Assembly (NCBI GenBank): GCA_964247055.1
Contig: OZ176054.1
Span: forward strand, 8,804,001 to 8,868,000
Direction: 5' to 3'
DNA length: 64,000 nt
Source of the DNA: Paragordius varius
Taxonomy: Eukaryota; Animalia; Nematomorpha
The notes beneath the pieces were generated by a model, which was not told where the DNA came from, ran no database searches, and saw only the letters and a program-made list of their open reading frames with translations. Each line of letters opens with the position of its first letter. The stretch's first letter is position 1. Of the stretch, positions 40,650 to 54,141 are shown piece after piece. Both the position numbers and the translations under genes were made by a program.

Positions 40650-41020
40650 AATCTTGTCCACCAGATTCTATATATTTATCCCATTATTCTTTTTGAGGAA
40701 AACCATTCCTCAAGCCACTTTCTAACGTCTTCCAAATTTTTGATATGATTCTTTGGCAGGGTGTGTCCCATTGTTCCTAAATTTATCGGTTAGATGGCAC
40801 CAGGTCTGGAGAGTTTAGCGGATGTAAACGAATTTCTCTTGGAAGCAATTTCAAGGTGTATTTCACTGGGTGTAGAGAAATTAACCTTGCCCTCTGGTTA
40901 GTTCTGGTTTTTCGATAAATGCCTGGTTAAAATTCATCATTTGTTAACCATAGCATGGTGTAACGGTTTCACCAGGTTTTAAAATTATAAAATGCACAAC
41001 ATAGATATTGCGGATGCTAG
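40650..41020 (-). mobile_element. Mariner (Mos1/mauritiana-like) transposase pseudogene fragment, C-terminal half
   Basis: Minus strand gives LKPGETVT..QMMNFNQAFIEK, LHPLNSPDLVPSN (YSPDLAP(S)D motif) and MGHTL..EDVRKWLEEWFSSK, collinear with the Mos1 sequence as recalled (LKPGETV..QQLINLNRAL..HAAYSPDLAPSD..MGHAL..VKKWLDEWFAAK). Stops and frameshifts are present; no TIR was identified. Confidence 0.85.
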
Positions 41021-44000
41021 AAAAGCCCGAAATCTCTTTAAATGGATATTTATTAAAAAAATATCCATTATTGAATTTGAATAGGCATAAAAGTTGTCAG
41101 GAAAATGTTACAGCCAATAATATGTATATATATATATATATAATATATATATATATATACATATTATTTAAATTTAATTTTTATTATATATATTTTTGGA
41201 TCTGCCAATTAGTAAATTATATTTTTTGTAATGTTTAATATCAGTTGGGTCTCCAAATTAGCCAATTATAATTATTTGTAATTTTTATATAGTTTACCCT
41301 AATTGATTTCTATTGCAACGTGGTGCATTATAGTTTGTTAGAAACTGAAATTTATTTCAAAAAGTGTGTATAATTTTGAATCATTAACCATAAATAAGTG
41401 CGCCTAAAAAATAAAATATTTAATAGAACAATGATAAATTTTTTATAGTCGTAATGATTATTTTTTATGACATATAAGCAGCAACACATTTATGCATTGG
41501 TAATTTTGTCCGTGCCATAAAATATTTTATGAGTTGGTTTCGTAATAACAGTCAAAATTTTGTGCTACAAAATAATGCATACAAAATTTTGGTAATTAAT
41601 TTATCTTTTGCGGAATTCCATGAATAACTCTTTATAATTTTTATGAACAGCCTTGGTTATTTACGATTTCTCGCTTGACCTTATGTTTAATTACAAAAAA
41701 ATTTTTTTTAAAAATTTTATAGTTGCGCCCTGATTTTCATCAAGCTCATTTATGGTGGTCTATTCATTTACTATTGGCCGATTGACAACACAGTAGTGTG
41801 GGTAAAAACAACAAAAAGTTAAAATTAACAATTTTTTATCTTACAACCAGTTGTTTTTTTATTATCTACAAAATTTAATTTATAACACACGCTACTGTGT
41901 TACCTATTGGCCAACAATAATGTGAATAGGTCATAAATGTGCATATTTCCTTCAACGCAAAAGGTATAATTAGGGACAGGATATGTATTAAAATATATTT
42001 ATACATTTTGATACGATAAAAAATGATATAATAAAAAAATTATATTGATAAAATATAGTTAATTATGGGCAAGACACTGTTCGTTCACATGTCCATACAT
42101 TGTTAGACACTTTCTCAAAAACCACTGTGATTTTGAAATTAACTTTTCAACCACCTAGGTTCATTTAATTTTTATCAAAGCTAATTATAAGATGTAATAG
42201 AAAAGTACTAAAATTATCTGCTAAAAAAATTTTTAGTGACTGATTTATATTTTTTAACATCTCGTTATTGTCAGCATCGTAACAAAATGTTGTAGTTTAA
42301 GGGTCCCTGTGTCCTGATTCTGTGTTACTTAACATTAACATGCAGAATTTGTCGTTAATTACAAGTCTGGTTTATTTACTAGATTATATTACACACTTTT
42401 CCTAAGCCCCTGTGTTCATATATTTTAACTATGTCTAAATAATTATAAATACTAATACTCATATTCTGGTCTTTTAATATTTCTTTGAATAATGAATATG
42501 TCAGTTTTTGGCTTAATGCAGTATTTTTATAAAAGACTTCTGTTTTTTATATATGGAAATTTTTTTATTTATTATTAAAAATTACAAATGTATTAGTAAA
42601 AATAATCTTAACAATATTTCTATCCATAAGCAATAAAGTATGACCAACATTGATTGAAGTTATTAATTATTGCCAAATAGTGAATATAATAAAGGGCAGT
42701 TTTATTGGGATATAGGTATTTTTTCACTTTTTACTATTATTAGTTAATAATACTGCTGACCTTTGTTTACTATTTGGCAAAATTGATAACTTTCTATCAA
42801 TGTATACTTACTCATACTGTATTTCATTTATAAAATGATTTTTACACGTACAAAGACAAAAAGGTCAATTATTTTGAGTATTAATGATTTATAGCTTTTT
42901 AAGGTGGTAAAACATGAGAAACATTAAGGTTTTTACTATATTATGTAATTAAATTATAAACATGGAATGAATGATAACTGATTTTAAGTTGAATTGCAAC
43001 GCAACGAATTATATTGAGCACCTTATTTTAACATATTTAGTTTCGTGTATAATTGGAAGACATAGAACCATTAATTTTAAATTAAAATTTACTATACTTA
43101 TTTTAATCAAGGTTGGATGTAAAATGAGTGCTATACTAAATTGTTAAAAATCAGAATTTAATAAAGATGGATGGATGTGTAGCTTCAGTCGAAGTCGACT
43201 TTTTTTAATATTTAAAAAAATTGTGGTTTTTGTTTTACTGTTATCTACCAAAGTATTGGTTCCTTTGAGAAAATTGTCCGCCCACCTTATTCTTCAAGCC
43301 TCTTTTACCTCCACAACTGATTTATTTTAATATCTACTACTTCTCCAATGAGTTAGATATCATAATATTGGGAAATTAGGATAGTTTGATGGGGATAAGC
43401 AAAGCAAGATGATATATCAGGATTGATTTTGCTTAATATTGTATTTAATAATTTGTCACCATTTTGTTTGTTATCCTTCGTACCCATAAAGTTGGACAAA
43501 TAGTTGCAATGGGAAGCGGGGTTTTTATTTTAATAACATCATGGGATGTACAAATTTTATTTTAAATACTTGTGGTGGATGATTCCTTGTTTAATCTAAT
43601 TATTGTTTAAAATAAAGTAAACTTATTAAATTAAATTTTTAGTCGGTATGATTTTTACCGAAGTTGTACGAAAATAAATAGAGATCATGTCCAATGCATA
43701 AAATCGTGACCAAAAAGCTGCTCTAATATTTTTGTTTTTATTACAGTTTTAATGTTCACCCAACATGACCGGATTTTTTAAAATTTTCTCCAGCAAAAAA
43801 TAAATGTTCATATATCATTTGATAGCTAAAAGCTTTAGAATAATGGATATTGCAATAATATAAGCGGTTAAAATATCAGAAAAAAAGTTATTTGAATTTT
43901 TCTGTAATTAGCCAAAATTTAAAAATCACATTTTTATCGCTACATTAGGACAATAAAAATTAAAAAATTTTATTTGCTTTATCATAGCATAAGGATAATT

Positions 44001-47000
44001 ATAGACGCAAAAAATTATAAATAAAGATTATATATTTTTTGGGAGGTCCTGAAAAGACTTACAAGATTATAAGCTAAAAATAGCACTTTGGTGTCGAATT
44101 TGGATCAAAAACTTGTTAATATGCGGTAAAAGATTTAAATTTTATTTAAACAATCATTACTATATATAGAGTTTATCTAATAAATCGCTTTCAAATTATA
44201 TAAGCAACAGATACAGAAAATTTTCTATAATTTGCACCAAAGCGGAAGCTACGTACAATTTTTAAATTATATATATAATAAATATTTTTCCATACATTTC
44301 GATGCAGGAAAAGGATCTATCATCTCATATTTTTGAAAAGAATTTTTTTATCCGAAAATCTTCATTAAATATTTTTGGCGCCATTTTCGCCCTACCGGCT
44401 TTACCGCATTCAGAAAGTTTATTTTTGATAGTTTCCATAGTTTAAAATTAGAACAGCTGTAAACACGATTAAAATAAACAGCTGATTTTTAAAATCAATA
44501 AATATAAAGTAGTTGTTCGTAAAAAATGTAGCCTAAAAGCTTTTTACAAATAATTACTTAATTTCTAACCATAATAGACATTTATTTACCTATTGTATTG
44601 GTAATAGCGGCGAAAAAGTTTAAGATGAGAATTTTTTACAATTTACATTGATGCATGCGCCTAAAAAGGTAAAGAAATCATATCTTTAAAATGGCTAAAT
44701 AACTTTAAAAATTATTAAGTTTCCCAAATTTCAAATCGCACTGGGATATCAAAATTGTGGTAGAAGGTTTAATCTCGGTAGAATAACAAAATGTCATGGT
44801 ACACAAAAATAATGAAAATGTGTAACGAATTGTTTAAGAAATATCAGATTAACTAATATTTTATTAGCAGGTTATTGCAATTTATGGTTTCCTAATTTTT
44901 CGCAAGAAGCATGCGGACACGTTTCAAAGAAAATGTCTTTAAGTCTTTTTATACTGTCTCATCCTGCTTCAAAATACCAGGAAAAGGGCTGCAACAAAAT
45001 TAATATCCATTTTTTTGGACTGATCTCAAAGTTTAGCTTATATTTAGAAATTTTTATCGTGACCTCTTGTAGTTATTTTGAGAGACTAGTCCATTTTGAA
45101 GGGCAAAAAATTTAAGCTTTTGAAACATCCATCTATAAATTAAAATTTTGTAAAATATTATTTTGATATTTAGAAATATTTTAATCATGTATCTTTCTGC
45201 GAAAATTTATTTAAATAAGCGCAAAGTTTACCAATTATATAAGCAGTTTACACAAAGTATATATAACATTACTAAATAGTAAGGATTAAAACCAAAACCA
45301 TGATAATCCTGATATATTCTAAAGGAATACAATTTCAGAGGATTGCATTTGCAATTTTCGATAGAATTACCGCAAAAGTATGGTTTTTTTGACATATTAG
45401 ACTTAAGACATTAAGGGGTATGAGAATCCTGATGCAATCTGGAATATATATATTTGTTTTACTAATATATTTTTTCATAAAAATCAGCATATAATTTAAC
45501 CGCCACAATTATTGCAATTATTACAATAGATGCTGGTAAAATAAATTATGTTTAAAAATTAATTAATAAAATGCTTTTATTTGTTAACAGCATTCGCACT
45601 AAATTACCTTTTGGGGTTTATATCCCAAAGCGATTTAAAATTTAAATATGTTGAAAAGTATTTAAGGTAAATTTAAAAATATGCCTTCTTAAGCCGAGGC
45701 ACATTTTACAAATGATATTTTTTTAAAAAAAATGTAAAAAATATCTTCTTACAAACTTTTATGCAGTCATTTTTATCCATAGATTTTTCGTAAATCGCCA
45801 ATAAAACAGGTAAATAAATGTATAATATGGTAAGAAATTGTAAATAATTTATTTTATAAGGCTACTATACATTTTACCAGAAAAAACCTACTATATTTGA
45901 TTTTAATATTACCCCTTCGATCCAATCGTATTTTGGAGCCCAATTTTATACTTTAGAAGCCACAAAACTGTTAAAGTTTAAACCTTTTTATTTAAATCAA
46001 AACAATTATTAATAATTAAATTTTAACTAATGTAGTGTAGATACAAAATTGAGTTCTGTATAAAACTACCCCAAAAGGTAAACTAGAACTAAAAAGTAAA
46101 AAGACAATGAAGTGCTAATTAAAATATAATAAGTATTGTTTTAAGATAATAAACTTTTATTATGCGTATTTAGGTTTCAAAGGTAAAAGGTTTTTTATCT
46201 GCTGAAATTTAACGTTTCATAATAGTATTATAAAAAAATTTTTTTATTTACTGATTTAGGCCTGGAAAATGTCGTGTTTAAAATAATCTAAAACAGTTAT
46301 TGAACAAATAGATACATGTAAGAACTATATACAAATATGTTAAAGATTTTAAAAATTTAATATAAAAACTTAATTATGGTTTTTTATTGAATAAATTTTT
46401 TTCAGTACAAATCAGCCAATCTATCTTATCTCCCACATGGGTCTAAACTATGACATAGCTGTTGGCCTTAACAAGGGTTATAAATTAACAAAAAATAACC
46501 AAAAACCCCGGCCTTCTTGCAGGAAAGGAGTACATTATATTAAAATTTTTAGATTGTTAACAAACGCAAGAAATTTGTTAAAGATTTAGTACGCGAAGTT
46601 TGTGGATTGTCACCTTATGAAAAGCGTTGCATGGAATTTTTAAAAATATCCCGTGATAAAAAAGCATTGAAATTTTTAAAACGACGAGTTAATATTTTTT
46701 AATTTTTAGCTTGGTCCGCACATTCGTGCTAAAAGGAAGCGCGAAGAGCTACAATCCATATTACAGCAAATGCGAAAGGCTAAACAAAATTAGTTCCTTA
46801 ATAAATGTTTTACATTCATTATTATATTGAATTTTATTTTATATACTCTCGATTTAGAGCCCTTTCTACTCAGTTTCTGCTTATTACGATTGATTACTTT
46901 TTAACCTTTTTTATATTTTTTTAGGGTTAGTACTTTATCAACCTACTTTGTGCGCTTATTTTTAAAAATATATTTGTTGTATATAAATAAACCATTTGGT

Positions 47001-47658
47001 ACAAAATTAAGTATCTCTAAAGTGATCATTGTGTAATCCGATTATTTTCGTACAATTTTAGTCATGGCGCGGACTTTAATTAATCAAGGGACCAAATGTT
47101 TTACACATTACCAATACATTATGAATAAGTTACACTACTAGAAAGTTATTAATTATTGCTAATAGCATATACAAAGGGCGGTATTATTAGCTTATATTTT
47201 TTTAACTATTATAACCCAATAATGATTCTCTAATAACTTTCTAGCAATATATACGTACTCATACTGTATATTTAATTCGTCATATATCAATTTTGTTATC
47301 TCGTTCTTAGTTTTTTTCAGGCATATTTTTTATGACCACATGGTTTTTTGCTAGATTTATTAATTAAAGGTAAATATTTTTAATCTCTAGATTATAAACA
47401 ATCTAGGTATTAATTATGTCTGGATCAAAAAAATGTCAATATGCTGATTACATCAATTAAATACATCCATCCATGCCCGTTTTAGGTCCAGGATATCTGG
47501 GGATACTTTGACTTTCTGAACATTAATATTGAATTGTAAGAGAGCTTGGGTCAGCTGTTTGGGCATGTGAGTTTAGGGCGGCCTTTTCTGTTTCGACAGG
47601 ATATGCTGTTGTATTTTTGCACCCAATTATCTGAATTCATATGGTACGGGTTTATGGA

Positions 47659-50600
47659 ATCACCTTTATACGCTATTTTCTCCTTTCAAAGGAGGTAAGC
47701 GTGTTATAGTTTTCCATTTGTTTCTGTCTTGAGCTTGTTCGATATCGATACTGAGGGAATCTAGGTCTTCTTGAATGGTGGATTGCCAGGTTTTATAAGG
47801 CCTTCCTTTTTTGTTTTTATTATTGGTTGAATAAGACTGTATGAGCTTTATCCAGTTTGTGTCTTGCGCCCTGTAGATGTGACCAGACCAACGCAAACGG
47901 TATTCCCGGAAAGCTGTATTAATTGGTTTAATTTTTAGAGTTTGATGGGGGCAAAATTTGTCTTGGAAATTGTATATGTTAGGGTTATGTGCGAAAAGAA
48001 TGGCGTTTAGGATCTTTTGCTCACCCTTTTGCAGTAATAGTAGATTTGATTTAGTCATAGGCCATGTTTCCGTACCATATAGTATAGCAGGACGTATAGC
48101 CGTCATAAAAATTTTTGCCTTTGAGCTGAGTAAAACGTATTTATTATTTACTATTGTGCGCAGACTTTGATATTTTATCCAGGCGGCTTTGATTCTATGC
48201 GATAAGGCCGATTCTATACCACCACCAGCATCTAAAGTATCGCCTAGGTATGTAAATTTGTCGACAATTTCGAATAAGTGGAGGATTCGGGGGATTCTAT
48301 GGTTAATGTATTGGTTGTACTGCACGGGGGGCAGATAAAGTTTTTATTATCATATAAACTTTATAAAGTGGAGCATTTTTTATGTACCCACTTTAAACAT
48401 TTGTTACACTTTATTGAATTTGACGTTACATTCAATGAGCACATGGAGCAGGGCCATTTTATTGTCCTGTTTTCATCGCACATTAGTTTAGTCTTTGATG
48501 TATTTACCTTCAAACCGAATTTACTTAGGGTATCCTTCCATAAATTTAACATTTCCATTAATTCCGGTGCAGATGTGGCGCATTATATTAAGTCATCAGC
48601 GTACAGAAGTTCAAAAGGTAAGCCTTTTCGTATGTCTGTGATCTCCTCCATAATTAGGATAAATAAAAGGGGGCTCAATATAGAACCTTGGTGTAGGCCG
48701 TTTTCAAGTGGGATGGGGTTCGTATCGCCAACGCTTGTACGGATTACAGTTGAGGTGTTTTTATATAGTGCTTCTATTATTTGTATCATATTTTCCTCTA
48801 TACCTTGCCTTCTGAGCGACCAATCAATCAGGTGTTGCGGGACTGAGTCGAAAGCCTGTTCCATGTCTATAAACGCATAGTGGAGAGGAAGATTTCTCAG
48901 GTAATCATTTCGTAATTGGCGGATTATAAATATTGCATCTATAGTACCCTTGTTTTTTAAAAACCCAAATTGCATAGAATCTATGGTGCAGTGTCGACGG
49001 ATTCTGTTGGCTATCAGATTTTCAAAGAATTTAAAACCATGTTCTAAGATGCGTATGGGACGAAAGTTGGAAACGTTAAAACGATCTCCTTTGCCCTTAT
49101 AAATTGGGATTGTATAGCTTTTCAGCCAATCAGAGGGTATGATATTATTTAATGCTATGTTGTTCGCAAGATTTTTGAAATAATCCAAAAATAAATTATG
49201 AACTAGGGCTTTGAATACATCATTTGTGATTTCTGATAAACCTGGGCATTTATTAGTTTTAAATTCTTTAGACAAAATTCTATTTCATCATTAGTAAATG
49301 GTTGAAATGAAGAATATGTTGGGTGAGGGTTCGTGATTTCCATAGGTATTTTAGGTTTATTAAAAATATTAAAAAAGTGGTTATACCATGTGGCTTTTAT
49401 AACTTGGGCGTCGTGGGTTATAGTATTATCGGGTAATCTAATTGCATTTGTTTCGGCCCTTATATTATTATCATATTTTACCCATCTATATGCAGATTGG
49501 GAAGATATGGCTTTTTCTAGTTCTTTCCCTTTTTCTTCACCTATTTTTCTCATCGATGCTCTGATCGCTGGCAATCTTTCTTTGTTTGGAGGTAATTTAT
49601 TTTGCTGTCAGCACTTTTTTCTTTTTTCCATTTTTAAAAAGCTGATTTCTTTTTCTTAATTATGTCTATCAGGGATATGTGCCACCACCATTTAAATGCT
49701 TTTTTATTATTAGATTTTCTGCCAACATTCTTCTCTAGTGATTCAATGCAGCTATATTTTAAGGAATTCCAGAGGTGTTCCGGAGAGGTTGTTTTTAATT
49801 TAAGGGAACTTTCCGTGTCGAATTCAATCTATTATTGATATTATTATCGACTAATTTTTTTATATTTAAATTTAGGTTTATTTTGTCCAATGGGTGATTG
49901 CGTTGATGTAGATTTATATAATTCAGCAATAATAAGTTTGTGCTGTAGTTCTAAAGCGGGGATAGATCTAATATTTTTAAAATGGGATTTGTTTTCTTTT
50001 CTTGACATAATTATGTCAATCATCGAGCGATTTGTGCCGGATATATAGGTTAGCAAGTTATTATCATTTTTTTTAAAAAAGGTATTAATGATGGATAATT
50101 ATTATTACTTGCGAAATCTAATAATATTTTACCATTTATCATCCATTCCAAAACCTCCATGTACTGAATGTAAAGATTCTTTACCGAAGTGATAGTTTTG
50201 GTCACTCCCAATAAATATGAAATCAGTGTGTGGAATAGCAGTGACTTTTTTATATAAAGCCAACCAGAATAAATCCTTACAGTTTAAATCACAATTGATT
50301 TGTGGGGCGTACACGGATAAAATATGATAGATTTTTTTGTTGATTTGAATTTTTAATACTAATAATCTTTCAGAAGAGTAATCGATGGATATGATATTGG
50401 GTACAATGGAATTTTGACATAAGCTCCGACACCTGATGAACGGCCATTAGATCCAGACCAGAATAATTTATAGAATGTTTTTGGAACCAGTGTTCTTCCA
50501 GCGAGTTTCTTGGACGCAATATATTTCGATGTTCTTGGAGAAGAGCAAAGCTGCTATTTCCTGACTCCTTCTGGTTAAAGATGTTATATTCCAAGTGGCC

Positions 50601-50846
50601 AGACGAATGATATGATTAGTATGGAATGTGGGATTCGAACACATCTTATGTTTCGTTATAATGTATTGATATGATAACAATAAAAAGCAAGAAAGAAAAG
50701 TGAAGCGATAAAATACTGAAGTAAATTATGGAGCAACCGTTTTTACGCCGTGTATGCCCTTACTAACCGGCAACCAGAGAATCTGGAGGAAAGTAAATAA
50801 ACGATTAAAGAAAGATGGTGGTTACAGCTGTTAAAGCGAATCTCCC
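47659..50846 (-). mobile_element. Near-full-length (~3.2 kb) dead RTE-like LINE 'A' with 14-bp TSD
   Basis: APE: IIRLATWNITSL..CVQETRW (~50450-50620), SVYAPQ..FIGSDQN, RSMIDIIM. RT at 48583-49275 (YKGKGDRFNVSNFRPI, QFGF..GTIDAIF, GLHQGSILSP, LYADDL). Finger at 48361-48558. C-terminus at 47666-48325 (RLRWSGH, KGRPYKTW). Flanked by TACGGGTTTATGGA at 47645-47658 and 50847-50860. Confidence 0.92.
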
Positions 50847-52880
50847 TACGGGTTTATGGATTCGGTATAATTACATTTAGAAGGATTGTGTGCGAATTAC
50901 ATTGTTTTCAATAATTTGGATTCAGCGTTTATGAGTTTGGATTCATTTGTTTTTGACATCGGTCAGGATGCATATGTGAGAACGGGACGAATGGCTGTAG
51001 TGTAAATGGCACATTTAGTTTGTAGTTTGACGAATTTATTATTTCTTATTAATTTTAACGAATGGTATTTTTTCCACATTTGTGATATGCGATGCTTAAT
51101 TGCATGTTCTATTCCTCCACCGGCTGATATCATATCGCCCAAGTAGCAAAAACTGCTCATTGTTTCCATATTGAAAGGGTTGGGAATCGAGTTGATTGTT
51201 AAATTAATATTATTATTTAAACATGCCCAGCATTTGTAGTGTTTATCGTAATCATTTATAGATTTGCGGCTACTACATTTTTTGTGTACCCATAGAAGAT
51301 ATAAGAATTGCAGCGAACAGGATTTGATTTAACTTCCTTTCTACATACGCTGCATGGGTTTTTAGCGGTGAGATTATCGCACATTAATTTGGTTTTTGAG
51401 AAATTGATTTTGACACCATAACTTTTTAAGGTGTCATTCCACAGACGAATTTTCCCTATGAGATCGCTTTCGGATGTCGATGATATTACGAGGTCATCGG
51501 CGTAAAGAATTTGGTGTGGCATGCCGGTTGCGATGTCAGTTAATTCTTCCATAATGACATTGAAGAGGGTTGGGCTTAATATGGATCCTTGGTGGAGTCC
51601 ATTTATTGAAAAACTTTTACTTAGTCCAAACGGGGTTTTGATTTGGGCTCTGGTATTACGGTATAAGAGCATTATTGAGGTTATCAACCATTCGTCAATG
51701 CCTTGACGCCTAAGAGCCCATGGTATAAGATTTCTTAGAATGGCATCAAAGGCTCGTTCTATGTCAAGAAAAGCGTAGTATAAAGGAGATTTTTTGATGT
51801 ATGCGCTTTGAAGTTGTCTTAGCGTGAATATGGCATCTATTGTACTTTTATTTGGCCGGAACCCGCATTGCATTTCGTTTAAATGCAATTTGGACAGGAT
51901 TTTGGAGAGAATTACTTTTTCATATATTTTCATAGTGTGATCTAATAACTTTATTGGACAGTAGGATTTCGGCAGCAGAGGGTCTCCTTTTTTGTATATG
52001 GGAATGATATGGCTGTTTTCCCAGTCAGAAGGGATTTTTCCGTCTTTTATTATATTGTTGAATAAAGTTGTCAGATAAGTCGATAATCTGAGGGTCAGTT
52101 AGTTTAAGCATGTCGGCCGTGAGTTCTGAAGGGCCAGGGAGTTTTTTATTTTTCATTTTGCATAAAGCGGTATGGATATCTGATTCATAAGTTTTCGGCA
52201 CAACTTTGAGTAGGTGTTGATGTAATAGAAGTAGTGATGGGGTTGTTTAGGTTTAAAATTTCCGAAAAGTAGGTAAGATAGGTGTTTTTAACAATAGCTG
52301 GATCATTTATTATTGTTGTATTGTTTACTCTCACTGATTTTGGTGCGAATGTTTTATTATTATTATTGCTTTTAGCCCATTTATATACAGTTTTGTTTTT
52401 ATTTTTTATATCGATTTCTTTCGCATACTTTAGCGCTTCTTCATTTTTAGCATCCCTGATAATTTTTCGACATAAACTTTTGGATTCTAGATATAATTTT
52501 CTATTTAATGGTGTCTTTTCCTTGAACCAAATTTTATGTGCCAAATTTTTCTGTTTTATATGCTCTTTCACTTTATTATTCCACCAAAATTGATATTTTT
52601 TTTGATGACCTTTATTTGATTTTTTCCTCCCCACCAGGCATTCAACTGTATGGATATAAGCGTTTTTTAAATTTTTCCAAGTTGGGTCTGAGAGTAAAGT
52701 TTTTTTTAATTTTTCAGTTATGGATGATTTAAATTTAGCTGTTTTCTGCGTGTCATCTGTGAGTTTTTTATACTTTATACATCTTATGTCAGATTTTTTG
52801 ATGATTCTGTCTTCTGGAGAATTTAGTTTTAGATTTGCTATGGTTGTTTCTAAGACTATCAATTTGTGATTTAACTGTAG
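50847..52880 (-). mobile_element. RTE-like LINE 'B' (5'-truncated), interrupted by LINE A; its 3' tail lies at ~47480-47658
   Basis: ORFs 52185-52862 (linker, FWWNNKVK), 51256-51933 (QCGFRP..GLHQGSILSP..LYADDL) and 50963-51169 (FCYLGD..AIRPVLTY). Its tail (..NRKGRPKLT..) resumes on the far side of LINE A. Confidence 0.88.
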
Positions 52881-52884
52881 TTCG

Positions 52885-53172
52885 TAAATCTCAACCCCGT
52901 CAACAACGTGATCAGAAATCTCCGGTTACAATGGGCTGGACATGTTGAAAGACGGCAAGATACTCACATTCTTAAAACTATGAAAAATTACTCGGTTGAA
53001 CTACCAGCAAAATCCGGCCGACCCCATATGACATGGCTCAACACAATAACTAAAGACCTCGAATCGCTTAATTTAAATCTAGAATTAGCCAAATCAAGAA
53101 AAGAGTGGAAAAAACGGGTGTACCGTCATTTAATGGCGAATCCCCATACAAATGAATGATGATGATGAATTC
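52885..53172 (+). mobile_element. Short 5'-truncated RTE 3' end with (TGA)n tail
   Basis: NVIRNLRLQWAGHVERR..SGRPHMTW..KEWKKRV* followed by TGATGATGATGA, typical of an RTE terminus. Confidence 0.85.
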
Positions 53173-53179
53173 ATACGTT

Positions 53180-53830
53180 GGATATGCCCATAACACCGCA
53201 ATCGGTTGCACTGAATGATATATAGGTTTTACTTCTTTTATGGTATAATCAAGATTATTGCAGATTTTTAGCATGTGATTTTCAGCTGTAGCAAGTCTTT
53301 TTAAGTCTGATGCTGTAAGGGCCCAGGTTTTTGCAGCGTATGTCAGCTGTTCTTATCCTCATTTTGTAAATTTTTATCTTATGATTTGATTAGATATTTT
53401 TAAACGCCAAGATATGGCATGAAAAGATGTTGCAATCTAGTTTGTCTTCATTAAAATTTGAAGTATGAGATCAATAAAGCACATGGCGTGCACATAAAAA
53501 TATTATTATTAATTAATTTTGCTTTTATATTGGATTTTTATGGACCCAATTTTTACAACAAAGTGAGTGTAGTTTTACCACAAAGGCCCACACTGGGTTT
53601 GGGAACTTTATAGTTTTATACTCATTTCCTGTGATTAGGATTGTTTATATTGATCCTTAGACCGTGTTTTTCCTTTGATTTAACCACATTAAATATTTAT
53701 TTTCGAGTATTGAAATAGTTTCTGCAGTAATTATGAGATCGTCTGCGTAGAGAATTTCATATGGTAATATTTCTCTTATGTCTTTTTAATGTAGTCTATT
53801 ATGGATATGAAAAGATGATGTAAGACTTAC
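53180..53830 (-). mobile_element. Decayed RTE-like fragment 'C'
   Basis: Minus strand gives LPYEILYADDLIITAET (~53720-53770), ..CKNWVHK, and LTYAAKTWALTASDLKRLATAENHMLK. Frameshifted. Confidence 0.8.
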
Positions 53831-54141
53831 TCCTGATGCAGCCCGTTATTAATACAAAAATGCTCTGAATTCCCAGCAGATGTAAAAACACAACTGATTG
53901 AGTTGGTGTAGATAGGGTGTGTCTAACACAAATGGCTTTAAGAGCCACATTACATTTTCGACCTCAAATGAACTACATTTGAATTTTTATATATATAATA
54001 TAGATATATATATATATATATAATATAATTACCAAATAAAATTTTATATTTATACATATGATGTGTATTTTCATATAAATAACAAAATAACTAGGAAAAA
54101 CATTATAATATTGCTAAATTTGCCTTTAAATTGTACTAATA

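Noticed and set aside
48278-48880. Plus-strand 200-aa ORF and similar antisense ORFs
   Set aside because: These are antisense shadows of the LINE RT and GPCR coding regions.
52885-53172. Twin-priming 5' inversion linking the + RTE tail to LINE B
   Set aside because: LINE B already has its own GRPK tail at ~47480-47644, so the + fragment is better read as a separate insertion.
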